Assembly (NCBI GenBank): GCA_964612745.1
Contig: CAZTCH010000003.1
Span: forward strand, 61,931 to 125,930
DNA length: 64,000 nt
From: an uncultured Candidatus Saccharibacteria bacterium
Lineage (GTDB): Bacteria > Patescibacteriota > Doudnabacteria > UBA920
Direction of reading: 5' to 3'
The notes below the pieces were generated by a model. That model was not told where the DNA came from. It searched no databases and saw only the letters and a program-made list of their open reading frames with translations. A program made the position numbers and the translations under genes. Below are positions 40,271-48,825 of the stretch, piece after piece (position 1 is the first letter of the stretch; every line of letters starts with the position of its first letter).

Positions 40271-40278
40271 GGGTATAT

Positions 40279-40965
40279 ATGAAGAAAGTATCGAAGCGCG
40301 CACGCGCAAATTCCGAAGCAGTTGACCAGACAAAGGTCTACACCTTAGCAGAAGCTATTGAGCTTGCAAAGAAAACAGCAAACACCAAGTTTGTTGGTTC
40401 ACTCGAAATGCATGTTCGCACATTGATTGACCCAAAGAAAACCGACCAAGCAATTCGTGGTTCTGTTTCTCTGCCTCATGGTACTGGTAAAACAAAGCGT
40501 GTTGCTGCGTTTGTCACCGAAGCCAAAGCAAAAGAAGCTACAGACGCCGGTGCAGTTGTTGTTGGTGGCGAAGATTTGGTAAAGCAAATCAAAGAAACCG
40601 AGAAGACTGACTTCGATGTCGCAATCGCTGAACCAGCAATGATGCCGAAACTTGCTCAGATCGCAAAGATTTTAGGTACTCGCGGACTCATGCCAAACCC
40701 AAAGACTGGTACTGTATCCGAAAACATCGCTGGTATGGTAAAAGAAATTGCTGGTGGAAGAGTGAGCTTTAAGAACGATGACTCTGGTATCGTGCACCAA
40801 ATTATTGGTAAAGTCAGCTTTGACTCCGCACAGTTGCAAGAAAATGCAAAAGCATTTTTGGACTCCATATTTGCTTCTAAGACAGCAGCGGTAAAAGGTC
40901 AGTTCGTTGCTTCTATTTCCTTGAACGCAACTATGGGCCCTGGCATCCAAGTAAAAGTACAATAG
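40279..40965 (+). CDS. rplA: 50S ribosomal protein L1.
   Basis: MKKVSKRARANSEAVDQTKVYTLAEAIELAKK… is the canonical L1 N-terminus. Start moved from 40219 to 40279. Confidence 0.9.
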   Translation: MKKVSKRARANSEAVDQTKVYTLAEAIELAKKTANTKFVGSLEMHVRTLIDPKKTDQAIRGSVSLPHGTGKTKRVAAFVTEAKAKEATDAGAVVVGGEDLVKQIKETEKTDFDVAIAEPAMMPKLAQIAKILGTRGLMPNPKTGTVSENIAGMVKEIAGGRVSFKNDDSGIVHQIIGKVSFDSAQLQENAKAFLDSIFASKTAAVKGQFVASISLNATMGPGIQVKVQ

Positions 40966-41135
40966 TAACTTTTCAAATCCCTCTACAACGTTTGTTGTCG
41001 GGGGATTTTTTCGAATCTTTTGCATAGAGACCACTGATGCACAGATCCTAGAGATTCAGATAGAGGCCTACTTGGATTGTTGTTTTGTTACCCTGCTTCG
41101 TGTTAGCATACAACAAGTAATACATCTGCCACCTT

Positions 41136-41678
41136 ATGTTGATTGGACTGATTGGACAAAAACTGACTGGAAAAGATACGATTGCGCGCTACTTGGAAAG
41201 TAAATATGGAGTAGTGTCTTTCGCAGCTGGGCATATTCTAAATGATATCTTACATATCTTGGCGCAGGATGTTTCCAGAGAGAACGAAGTCCGTCTGGCT
41301 GTGGCCTTGCGCGGAGCGTTTGGGGAAACTGTGCTGAACACTGCCATCTTGCATCGGTTAGCTGAGCACGGCGACAAGGTCGGTTTGATTAACGGGATCC
41401 GTAGACCGGCAGAAGTAACAGAGGCAAAAGCAGCTGGTGCACGGATAGTATACGTCACTGCTTCTGCGGAGCTCCGCTATGAACGGTACATGCAACGGCG
41501 GGAAAAGAAGGACGATGGCACGCTCAGCTTTGCTGAGTTTGTAGCGCAAGACCAACAGTCTCCCACAGAAAAAGATATTCCCGCGCTTGCACAGGAGGCA
41601 GAATATACTATAACCAACAGTGGGGATTTGTCTGAGTTATACGCGCAAGTAGACGCCTATATGGCACAGGTACAGTAG
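41136..41678 (+). CDS. P-loop nucleotide kinase-like protein (dNMP-kinase-like GKDT P-loop).
   Basis: N-terminal LIGLIGQKLTGKDTIARYL is a GxxxxGKD variant of Walker A. Size and layout fit a small NMP-kinase fold. Confidence 0.4.
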   Translation: MLIGLIGQKLTGKDTIARYLESKYGVVSFAAGHILNDILHILAQDVSRENEVRLAVALRGAFGETVLNTAILHRLAEHGDKVGLINGIRRPAEVTEAKAAGARIVYVTASAELRYERYMQRREKKDDGTLSFAEFVAQDQQSPTEKDIPALAQEAEYTITNSGDLSELYAQVDAYMAQVQ

Positions 41679-41695
41679 TTCTATTTATTTTATAT

Positions 41696-42385
41696 ATGGC
41701 TTGGTTTCGTACACAAGAAAATACGCAGCGACCACTGGTAGTGGCTCTGGAAGGGATTTCTCCAGATTTGCTACAGGTGCAGCTGTCTATGTTAGAACAA
41801 GAGTTGCACACAGCAGGTGTGGTAGTTCGTCGTTTAGCCTTCCCAACACAAAAAGCAGCAGAGCATGTGCCTGCGCTGTTTCAAGCGCCAGAGCTCACTT
41901 CTGCTCCGCAGAGCTTGGGGATTATTGCCTCACTCGATCGAGCAATGTGGGCTGTGGGACATCAGGAGGCGACTCCAGACAAAGAGCTTATCTTGCTTAC
42001 TGGTGGGCCGTTGTATACCGCAGCGTGGGCTGGTTCGCTTTTGGAAGAATCTGCCGAGCGGGTGGCTTTATACCGCTGGCTCGATGATTTAGAGTACGGT
42101 GTGTTCCATGGCAGGCGGATTGATCTGACGGTGTTTGTAGACATGTTGCCTGAGCACATAGATATTCATGAGCAAGTCTGGTGCCCTGCTGGTTGGGGAG
42201 ATCGACCAGCGCCAGAGCTAGAGCAACTGCGGACAGCGTATGTCGAAGCAGCGAACCTATTCCCTAAGACAAAGATTGTCTCTGCCTCCCGTGAAGGGCT
42301 ATTGAAACCAGATTCAGACATTGGTAATGAAGTGTGGAACTTAGTGCGTCGTATTGTTTTAAAAACAGATATCCCACAAAGGTAA
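41696..42385 (+). CDS. Thymidylate-kinase-like protein with a degenerate P-loop.
   Basis: LVVALEGISPD where Tmk has FEGxDGxGKST (no Lys/Ser), but Tmk-like downstream blocks (LILLTGGPLYTAAWAG; IDLTVFVDMLPEH, compare PDLTxxLDVxPE). Confidence 0.35.
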   Translation: MAWFRTQENTQRPLVVALEGISPDLLQVQLSMLEQELHTAGVVVRRLAFPTQKAAEHVPALFQAPELTSAPQSLGIIASLDRAMWAVGHQEATPDKELILLTGGPLYTAAWAGSLLEESAERVALYRWLDDLEYGVFHGRRIDLTVFVDMLPEHIDIHEQVWCPAGWGDRPAPELEQLRTAYVEAANLFPKTKIVSASREGLLKPDSDIGNEVWNLVRRIVLKTDIPQR

Positions 42386-42389
42386 GGCT

Positions 42390-43490
42390 ATGCAAAAAAA
42401 TGAAATAAAAGAGAAAGTGATATTTGTGTTGGAGCAGTTAGAAAGGCTCCTGCCAAATTTACACTTACCAGAAAAACAGGAAGAGCAAGAGCAGCTGCAA
42501 CAGCAAATGCAGCAAGATGGCTTTTGGGATGACGTGCCACGCGCCCAAGCGATCAGTCAACGTCAAAACCAACTTGCCGAACTCGTGCAGTTCTGGACTG
42601 GGTTACAAACGCGCGCACTCGAGTTGCGTGCGTTGGTGGAGCAGAATACAGACGAAAGCCCTGAAACATTGGCGTACTTGGCAGAGCTCGCAACTAGTAT
42701 CGCCGCAGAGTTTGACGCCAAGCGATTTTTGGCGTTGTTTTCTGGCCGACACGATTCTTTGGGTGCGGTTGTGAGTATCCATGCTGGTGCGGGTGGTACC
42801 GATGCGCAAGATTGGGTGTCGATACTCCTGCGGATGTACACTCGGTTTGTTGCAGCTCATGGGTTTACTATGGAGACTTTGGAGCTGAGTCGCGGTGGGG
42901 AAGCGGGGATTAAGTCCGTCTTGTTCGAAGTGAAGGGACTCAATGCCTACGGCTATTTGCGCAGCGAAGCTGGCGTACACCGATTGGTTCGTTTGAGCCC
43001 CTTTAACCCTGCACACACCAGAGAGACGAGCTTTGCGTTGGTGGAAGTATTGCCTGACCTGCCCGATTCAGAAGTGACTTTGCGTATGGAAGATGTAAAA
43101 ATAGAAGCGAACACCGCGTCTGGTCATGGCGGGCAAAGTGTGAACACGACATATTCTGCTATTCGCGTAACGCACATCCCTACGGGCATTCGGGTGAGCA
43201 TCCAGAACGAACGCAGCCAACATCAAAACAAGGAGCTCGCGCTGAAAATCTTAGCCGCTCGTGTTGCTGCTGTTGAGCAAGAAAAGCAAGACGCTGCACG
43301 CAAAGAACTGCGAGGTGAGTTTAAATCTGCAGAGTGGGGTAACCAAATTCGGAGCTATGTATTGCACCCGTACCAAATGGTAAAAGACCACCGGACAAAC
43401 GTTGAAACAAGCGATACCGAAGCAGTATTGGATGGGAAGCTCGAAGAGTTTATTGAACAGTTCTTAGAACAAACAACGAGTCATGGGTAG
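42390..43490 (+). CDS. prfB: Peptide chain release factor 2, encoded without a frameshift.
   Basis: GGQ motif (ASGHGGQSVNTTYSAIRVTHIPTG) and the RF2-type SPF tripeptide (LVRLSPFNP). Single uninterrupted 366-codon ORF. Confidence 0.85.
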   Translation: MQKNEIKEKVIFVLEQLERLLPNLHLPEKQEEQEQLQQQMQQDGFWDDVPRAQAISQRQNQLAELVQFWTGLQTRALELRALVEQNTDESPETLAYLAELATSIAAEFDAKRFLALFSGRHDSLGAVVSIHAGAGGTDAQDWVSILLRMYTRFVAAHGFTMETLELSRGGEAGIKSVLFEVKGLNAYGYLRSEAGVHRLVRLSPFNPAHTRETSFALVEVLPDLPDSEVTLRMEDVKIEANTASGHGGQSVNTTYSAIRVTHIPTGIRVSIQNERSQHQNKELALKILAARVAAVEQEKQDAARKELRGEFKSAEWGNQIRSYVLHPYQMVKDHRTNVETSDTEAVLDGKLEEFIEQFLEQTTSHG

Positions 43491-43797
43491 AGAAATGTAT
43501 CTGGTCTGGCAACTGTTAGCAATTTGGTTGCCAGCAGCACTGCTGACTATTTTGTACTGGCGCTTTGTGAAACCTGCGCGAGTGGCAATTGGACTGGCTG
43601 TGGTGGCTGGTCTCGCTTTTGGTTTGCCATGGGATTGGGTTATGATTAAAACAGCAGTTTGGACGTTTGACCCCAAAACGATTTTTGGTGTGTGGGTTGC
43701 GGGGGTTCCGCTAGAAGAGTGGTTGTTTATCATTGGGACAGTCTGGTTGTTCTGCGTGGTGACGCTCATCTTATACCATAAGTTTCCACGTCTATGA
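43483..43797 (+). CDS. Lycopene-cyclase-domain (CrtYcd-like) small membrane protein.
   Basis: 3-TM protein with a PLEEW motif (GVPLEEWLFII) characteristic of the heterodimeric lycopene cyclase domain. Confidence 0.45.
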   Translation: MGREMYLVWQLLAIWLPAALLTILYWRFVKPARVAIGLAVVAGLAFGLPWDWVMIKTAVWTFDPKTIFGVWVAGVPLEEWLFIIGTVWLFCVVTLILYHKFPRL

Positions 43798-44144
43798 ATT
43801 TCTTTGCGTTGTATAGCGAATACATTACGACTGCGCTCTTTTGTGTTACTGCGCTGGGACTTGTGTGGTATAAGGCCCATGCATTTTTGTGGACACAGCG
43901 ACGGGTGATTTTTGCCATGGGTGTGGTGGCTGTAGTTTGGACAGCATTCACAGATCCATTTATCCATATACACGGAGTGTGGGTGTATGACCCTGTGCAG
44001 AACCCACTTTCCCAGAATCGCTTCTTATTTGTACCAGTGTTTGAATACGTGTATATATTCTTTGTAGGGATTACCATTAGTTCTGGATTTTTAGCACTGC
44101 AATATAGGCTTTTAGGTAGGCGAGTGCCAGATGTGCTAAAATAA
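43794..44144 (+). CDS. Second lycopene-cyclase-domain-like small membrane protein.
   Basis: 3-TM protein with a VPVFEY motif at the equivalent position. Its start overlaps the preceding stop (ATGA). Confidence 0.4.
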   Translation: MNFFALYSEYITTALFCVTALGLVWYKAHAFLWTQRRVIFAMGVVAVVWTAFTDPFIHIHGVWVYDPVQNPLSQNRFLFVPVFEYVYIFFVGITISSGFLALQYRLLGRRVPDVLK

Positions 44145-44150
44145 TAAGGT

Positions 44151-44828
44151 ATGATTCGATTTGAAAATGTAGTGAAATATTACGGCAACACCAAGGCACT
44201 AGCCACGGTTAATTTAGATATTAACCATGGCGAGTTTGTTTCGGTTGTGGGCCTCTCTGGTGCAGGTAAGTCTACTTTGCTCAAGCTTATTACTGGCGAA
44301 GAGCGAGCAGACGAAGGGAAAGTGTATATTGACGACATAGACATTGCTGAAGTAAAAGTGTCTGACTTGCCCTACTTGCGCAGGAAGATTGGTATGGTCT
44401 TCCAAGACATTAAACTACTTCCTCGCAGAACAGCATTTGAAAATGTTGCTTTTGCTATGGAAGTGAGTGGTCACCGCAAAGATAGAATTGACCACGAAGT
44501 ACCCAAGATTTTAGAGCTGGTTGGGTTACTCCACAAGCGGCACAATTTCCCACACGAAATGTCTGGGGGAGAGCGCCAGCGAATTGCCATTGCGCGCAGT
44601 CTCGCACACCGTCCAGCGTTGCTTATGGCAGACGAGCCAACAGGCAACCTAGACGAAGTGAATGCAGCAGAAGTGCTGGATTTGCTACTCAAGATTAATA
44701 AACTTGGTACTACCGTTATCCTCGCAACGCACGCTGCAGATTTGGTAAACAAAATTCAGAAACGTGTTATTACAGTAGAAGGTGGGCGAGTGGTGTTAGA
44801 ACAAGAACGCGGCCGATATAAACTGTAG
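44151..44828 (+). CDS. ftsE: Cell division ATP-binding protein FtsE.
   Basis: ABC ATPase with Walker A GLSGAGKST, signature LSGGERQRIAIAR and Walker B LLMADEPTGNLD. Followed by ftsX. Confidence 0.9.
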   Translation: MIRFENVVKYYGNTKALATVNLDINHGEFVSVVGLSGAGKSTLLKLITGEERADEGKVYIDDIDIAEVKVSDLPYLRRKIGMVFQDIKLLPRRTAFENVAFAMEVSGHRKDRIDHEVPKILELVGLLHKRHNFPHEMSGGERQRIAIARSLAHRPALLMADEPTGNLDEVNAAEVLDLLLKINKLGTTVILATHAADLVNKIQKRVITVEGGRVVLEQERGRYKL

Positions 44829-44997
44829 AATTGCATATTGCAAATTGCATATTGCAAATTACGCATTGCGCATTACGAATTGTTTAATGTTAAGCATTCC
44901 GCATTCTCCTCTCTAGTCTTTACTATTTCTTCTGATTCTTCTAACTCTTCTATTTCTTCTTACTACTCTCTATTCTCTACCCTCTATTCTCTAATCT
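44829..44997. repeat. 7-bp tandem repeat (ATTGCAT/ATTGCAA/ATTACGC…, ~8 units) followed by a CT-rich repeat copy.
   Basis: attgcatattgcaaattgcatattgcaaattacgcattgcgcattacgaattg, then …ttcttcttactactctctattctctaccctctattctct, matching the 48357-48432 repeat. Confidence 0.6.
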
Positions 44998-45918
44998 ATG
45001 TTTGACTCTGTAAGCTTTTTTCGAATAATAAAAACTGGGTTCGTCAACTTTTGGCGGAATATTTGGCTGTCTACCGCAGCTACCATGGTTATGACTATTA
45101 CCTTAGTCATATTCAGTATTTTGGGGTTGTTGTTTGGCGTTACGAAGTATTCTGTGGCAACTATTAAAGATAGGGTAGACATTAGTGTGTACTTTAACAC
45201 GGGTGTTGCAGAAAATATCGTTACCCAGTACAAGAAAGAGTTAGAGCAAAATCCAAAAATTAAAGAAGTAATTTATGTCTCTGCGGAAACTGCGTTGGCT
45301 AACTTTAAGCAAAAGCACGCAGGCGACCCGCTGGTACTTGATTCTTTGGCTGAGCTTGCAGAAAACCCACTCCCCGCTACGCTCCAAGTAAAAGCGACCA
45401 ACCTCGAAGACTATCCTGAACTGGCAAAAACGATACAAGAAGGACCACAGAAGGATCGGTTAAGCAAAATTAACTACGAAGACAACCGATTACTTATTGA
45501 ACGACTCAGCCGTATACTCCAGTATATTATTTACGGTGGGTTAGGGCTGGTGTTGGTCTTCTCTGTTATTGCTATTTTGGTAATATTCAATACCATTACC
45601 TTAACCATCTATAACCGCCGCGAAGAAGTAGAAATTATGCGTTTGGTAGGGGCAACGAACTGGTATATCCGCGGACCGTTTTTGGTGGAAGCGTTGCTCT
45701 ATTCTTTGTCTGCCACACTGATTACCGCAACATTGGTGTTGGTGCTCATGGCGCGGCTGAAAACGCAAGCGGGGATATTCTTAGGGGTAGGTGCTCTCGA
45801 TGGTGCAGCAAATCCGTTCTGGAGTGCTCCTGTCGTGGTGTTGGTGTTGTTTGTGGCTGCATTGGTGCTAAGTGTTATTTCCAGCATGTGGGCGATTCGC
45901 AGGTATTTAAAAGTCTAA
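44998..45918 (+). CDS. ftsX: Cell division permease FtsX.
   Basis: 306 aa with an N-terminal TM, a periplasmic domain and 3 C-terminal TMs (FtsX-like permease). Adjacent to ftsE. Confidence 0.8.
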   Translation: MFDSVSFFRIIKTGFVNFWRNIWLSTAATMVMTITLVIFSILGLLFGVTKYSVATIKDRVDISVYFNTGVAENIVTQYKKELEQNPKIKEVIYVSAETALANFKQKHAGDPLVLDSLAELAENPLPATLQVKATNLEDYPELAKTIQEGPQKDRLSKINYEDNRLLIERLSRILQYIIYGGLGLVLVFSVIAILVIFNTITLTIYNRREEVEIMRLVGATNWYIRGPFLVEALLYSLSATLITATLVLVLMARLKTQAGIFLGVGALDGAANPFWSAPVVVLVLFVAALVLSVISSMWAIRRYLKV

Positions 45919-46046
45919 TGTATACACTAATCATCCACCTTCGCCAAGGCTATGGCGGACAGGCGAATGCACATGCTTTTGCTGGTCCGACGAAACTTTA
46001 GTGAAGTCGGATGTCATTCATTGTTTAAGTGATTAGTGAAGTATTT

Positions 46047-46496
46047 ATGAAAGTATTATTCCTGAAAGATGTAAAGGGGCAGGGGAGAAAAGGTGAGTTG
46101 AGGGAAGTCAGCGATGGCTTTGCCCTCAATTTTTTAGTTAAACAAGGATTGGCTTCTGTGGCGAGCACGACTGTGCAAAAAACAGAGCAAGCCAAAGAGA
46201 AGGCAAAACAAGCAGAGCAAGAAAAGCGCGCGGTGCGTAACGCCGCTTCGGTGAAAGCTGTGCAAAAACATTCGTACGAACTATTTGCAACTACTACAGG
46301 GAATGGCAAGCTGTTTGGTGCGGTCTCTGCTGGAGCCGTAGCACAGCTTGTGGGTGATGTTGCTGGAGTAACTGTGTTACCGGAGATGGTGCAATTCCCT
46401 GAGCCGATTAAGCTTGTGGGAGAGCATCGTGTGGTGCTTGCATTCGACAAGCAACACCAAGCAACGGTAACCCTTGTGGTGCGTGAACGTAACTAA
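46047..46496 (+). CDS. rplI: 50S ribosomal protein L9.
   Basis: [36 protein letters not shown] is the L9 N-terminal domain. The ORF-track start at 46029 is a GTG. Confidence 0.85.
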   Translation: MKVLFLKDVKGQGRKGELREVSDGFALNFLVKQGLASVASTTVQKTEQAKEKAKQAEQEKRAVRNAASVKAVQKHSYELFATTTGNGKLFGAVSAGAVAQLVGDVAGVTVLPEMVQFPEPIKLVGEHRVVLAFDKQHQATVTLVVRERN

Positions 46497-46505
46497 TACA
46501 GACGT

Positions 46506-48182
46506 ATGCAAAAGAAACAATCTGGCCTGAAGTTCATATTTATAGCAGGAGGTGTAATGTCTAGTGTGGGAAAGGGTGTCGCAGCTGCTTCGCTGTGTAC
46601 CTTGCTCCAGTCGCATGGAAGAAAAGTGACCGCAGTAAAGATTGACCCATACGTCAACGTAGACGCAGGCACCATGAACCCGACCGAGCACGGAGAAGTG
46701 TTTGTGTTGGACGATGGGACTGAGTGTGACCAAGACATGGGTAGCTACCAACGCTTTTTGGGTGTGCGCTTGTCCAAGACAAACTACATGACCACCGGGA
46801 GCATATACTTGTCGGTTATTACCAAAGAGCGAAATTTGGGATACCAAGGGCAGTGTGTAAACGTCGTCCCAGATATTCCGCTGGCAGTTATTGAACGGAT
46901 TCGCGCCGCTGCAGCAGAAGCAAAAGCAGATACGGTAGTAATAGAAATTGGTGGCACAGTAGGGGACTACCAGAATGTGCTGTTCTTGGAAGCGGTGCGT
47001 ATTTTGAAGTTTACCAACCCACAAGATGTGGTGTTGGGTTTGGTGAGTTTGGTTCCAGGGCTCGGATCTGGGGGTAACGAGTTAAAAACGAAACCAACGC
47101 AGCACGCTATAAAAAATTTAAATGCTATTGGCTTACAGCCAGATTTTGTGTTGGCGCGTGCCAAAGTGCCACTCGATGACAAGCGGAAAGAAAAGTTAGC
47201 TTTTACTTGTTCGCTTGATCCGAAAGGGATTATCTCTGCACCAGATGTTGGTTCTATTTATGATGTCCCGCTCAACTTTGAACGCGAAGGTTTGAGTGCG
47301 TTGGTGTTGCAAAAGTTAGGCATTGCCAATCGAAAAAAACCTGACCTCAAAGCTTGGAAATCTTTTGTTGGTGGTATTGCTGCGGCGCGTAAAGAAGTAA
47401 AAATTGCTGTAGTCGGTAAGTACTTTGGTACTGGTTCATTTGTGTTGCACGATTCCTACATCTCGGTTATTGAGTCTTTGAAGCATGCTGCATCTGCTGC
47501 ACAAGTAAAAGTGTCACTCGACTGGATATCCAGCACGGACATAGAAGAAAAAGGCGCGGCAAAAGTATTACACGGTCACGCAGGGATTGTGGTCCCTGGT
47601 GGTTTTGGGGGTAGGGGAACAGAAGGTATGATTCGCGCGATTGAGTATGCTCGAGTCAAAAAAGTGCCATACCTTGGGTTGTGTTACGGCATGCAAATGG
47701 CCACGATTGAGTTTGCTCGCCATGTGGCAAAACTGGCAGATGCAACCACGACCGAAATAAACCCAAAAGCGAAGCATCCGGTAATCCACATTATGCCTGA
47801 GCAGGAAAAGAAGCTCAAAAAGCTGGACTATGGTGCTAGTATGCGTTTGGGTGGCTGGGATTGCTTGCTACAGAGTGGAACGGTGGCTCACGAGGCGTAT
47901 ACAGCGTCTGGGTGGGTGCCAAAGAAGGCGGCAAAACCAATTATTCGCGAACGACACCGCCATCGGTACGAGTTCAATAACGAGTATCGTGAGCTGCTCG
48001 AGCGCAAGGGGTTGGTAGTTTCGGGAACCTCGCCAGATGGTGGGTTGGTAGAAATTGTAGAACTAGAGAACCATCCATTTTTTGTGGCAACACAGTTCCA
48101 CCCCGAGTTCTTGTCGTGGCCACTTCGACCACATCCGTTGTTTGCAAAGTTTGTGGCAACAGCAGCGAAGAGGAATAAGTAA
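46506..48182 (+). CDS. pyrG: CTP synthase.
   Basis: N-terminal synthetase domain (FIFIAGGVMSSVGKGVAAASL) and C-terminal glutamine amidotransferase (GLCYGMQ…HPEF). Confidence 0.95.
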   Translation: MQKKQSGLKFIFIAGGVMSSVGKGVAAASLCTLLQSHGRKVTAVKIDPYVNVDAGTMNPTEHGEVFVLDDGTECDQDMGSYQRFLGVRLSKTNYMTTGSIYLSVITKERNLGYQGQCVNVVPDIPLAVIERIRAAAAEAKADTVVIEIGGTVGDYQNVLFLEAVRILKFTNPQDVVLGLVSLVPGLGSGGNELKTKPTQHAIKNLNAIGLQPDFVLARAKVPLDDKRKEKLAFTCSLDPKGIISAPDVGSIYDVPLNFEREGLSALVLQKLGIANRKKPDLKAWKSFVGGIAAARKEVKIAVVGKYFGTGSFVLHDSYISVIESLKHAASAAQVKVSLDWISSTDIEEKGAAKVLHGHAGIVVPGGFGGRGTEGMIRAIEYARVKKVPYLGLCYGMQMATIEFARHVAKLADATTTEINPKAKHPVIHIMPEQEKKLKKLDYGASMRLGGWDCLLQSGTVAHEAYTASGWVPKKAAKPIIRERHRHRYEFNNEYRELLERKGLVVSGTSPDGGLVEIVELENHPFFVATQFHPEFLSWPLRPHPLFAKFVATAAKRNK

Positions 48183-48432
48183 CGAGTTGCTAGTAACTAG
48201 TTGCGAGAAAAAGAAGAAAATACAAATCACAAAAATCAAATCACAAATAAGCACCAATGTATCAATGTTCGAAATAAGAACAAGTATTAGTTTGGATTTT
48301 GAGGGTTGGAATTTATTTGTTATTTCGTGCTTGTGATTTGGAATTTCGTCTTGCTACAACCTAACTCCTAATTCCTAATTCCTTCTTACTACTCTCTATC
48401 CTCCACCCTCTACTCTCTGTCTTCTATTCTCT
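48183..48432. repeat. Composite intergenic repeat region: AAATCACAAAAATCAAATCACAAA, then TTGTGATTTGGAATTT, then a ~75-bp CT-rich inverted-repeat arm.
   Basis: 48222-48246 and 48339-48354 are related to reverse-complement or direct copies at 57340-57378. 48357-48432 is nearly the reverse complement of 50540-50602. Confidence 0.6.
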
Positions 48433-48436
48433 TGTA

Positions 48437-48466
48437 ACAAAAAACTCCCACGAGGGAGTTTTTTTA
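48437..48466. terminator. Bidirectional rho-independent terminator after rpmA.
   Basis: AAAAAAAACTCCC-ACGA-GGGAGTTTTTTT. Confidence 0.65.
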
Positions 48467-48470
48467 TGAG

Positions 48471-48752
48471 CTAGCTTGCTGGTTCTACGTTTATGATTCT
48501 GGTTTTCTTGAGTCCACCATGGAAGCGGCGAACAAGTTTCTTTTGGAATTTTACAATTCCGTCGATCACAGAGTACAAAGTAGAATCACCACCAACTTTT
48601 ACGTTGTTGCCAGGATGGAATTTGGTACCATGCTGACGGACAATGATTTCGCCTTTTTTGACACGTTGGTCGCCAAAGATTTTAACGCCAAGGCGTTTTG
48701 ATACGGAATCACGTCCCAGGGCGGTACTACCGCCAGCTTTTTTATGTGCCAT
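48471..48752 (-). CDS. rpmA: 50S ribosomal protein L27.
   Basis: [51 protein letters not shown] is canonical L27. Confidence 0.9.
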   Translation of the reverse strand: MAHKKAGGSTALGRDSVSKRLGVKIFGDQRVKKGEIIVRQHGTKFHPGNNVKVGGDSTLYSVIDGIVKFQKKLVRRFHGGLKKTRIINVEPAS

Positions 48753-48825
48753 ACAAGTTTAGTACTTAAGATGATTAGTGCTTTGTACCTAGTAGGGTTT
48801 TGGAGGTGTCCGTCCACGCTACTAA

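Noticed and set aside
42390-43490. Looked for the programmed +1 frameshift site common in prfB.
   Set aside because: The RF2 ORF is continuous for 366 codons from MQKNEIKEK with no in-frame stop near codon 25, so it is encoded without a frameshift.
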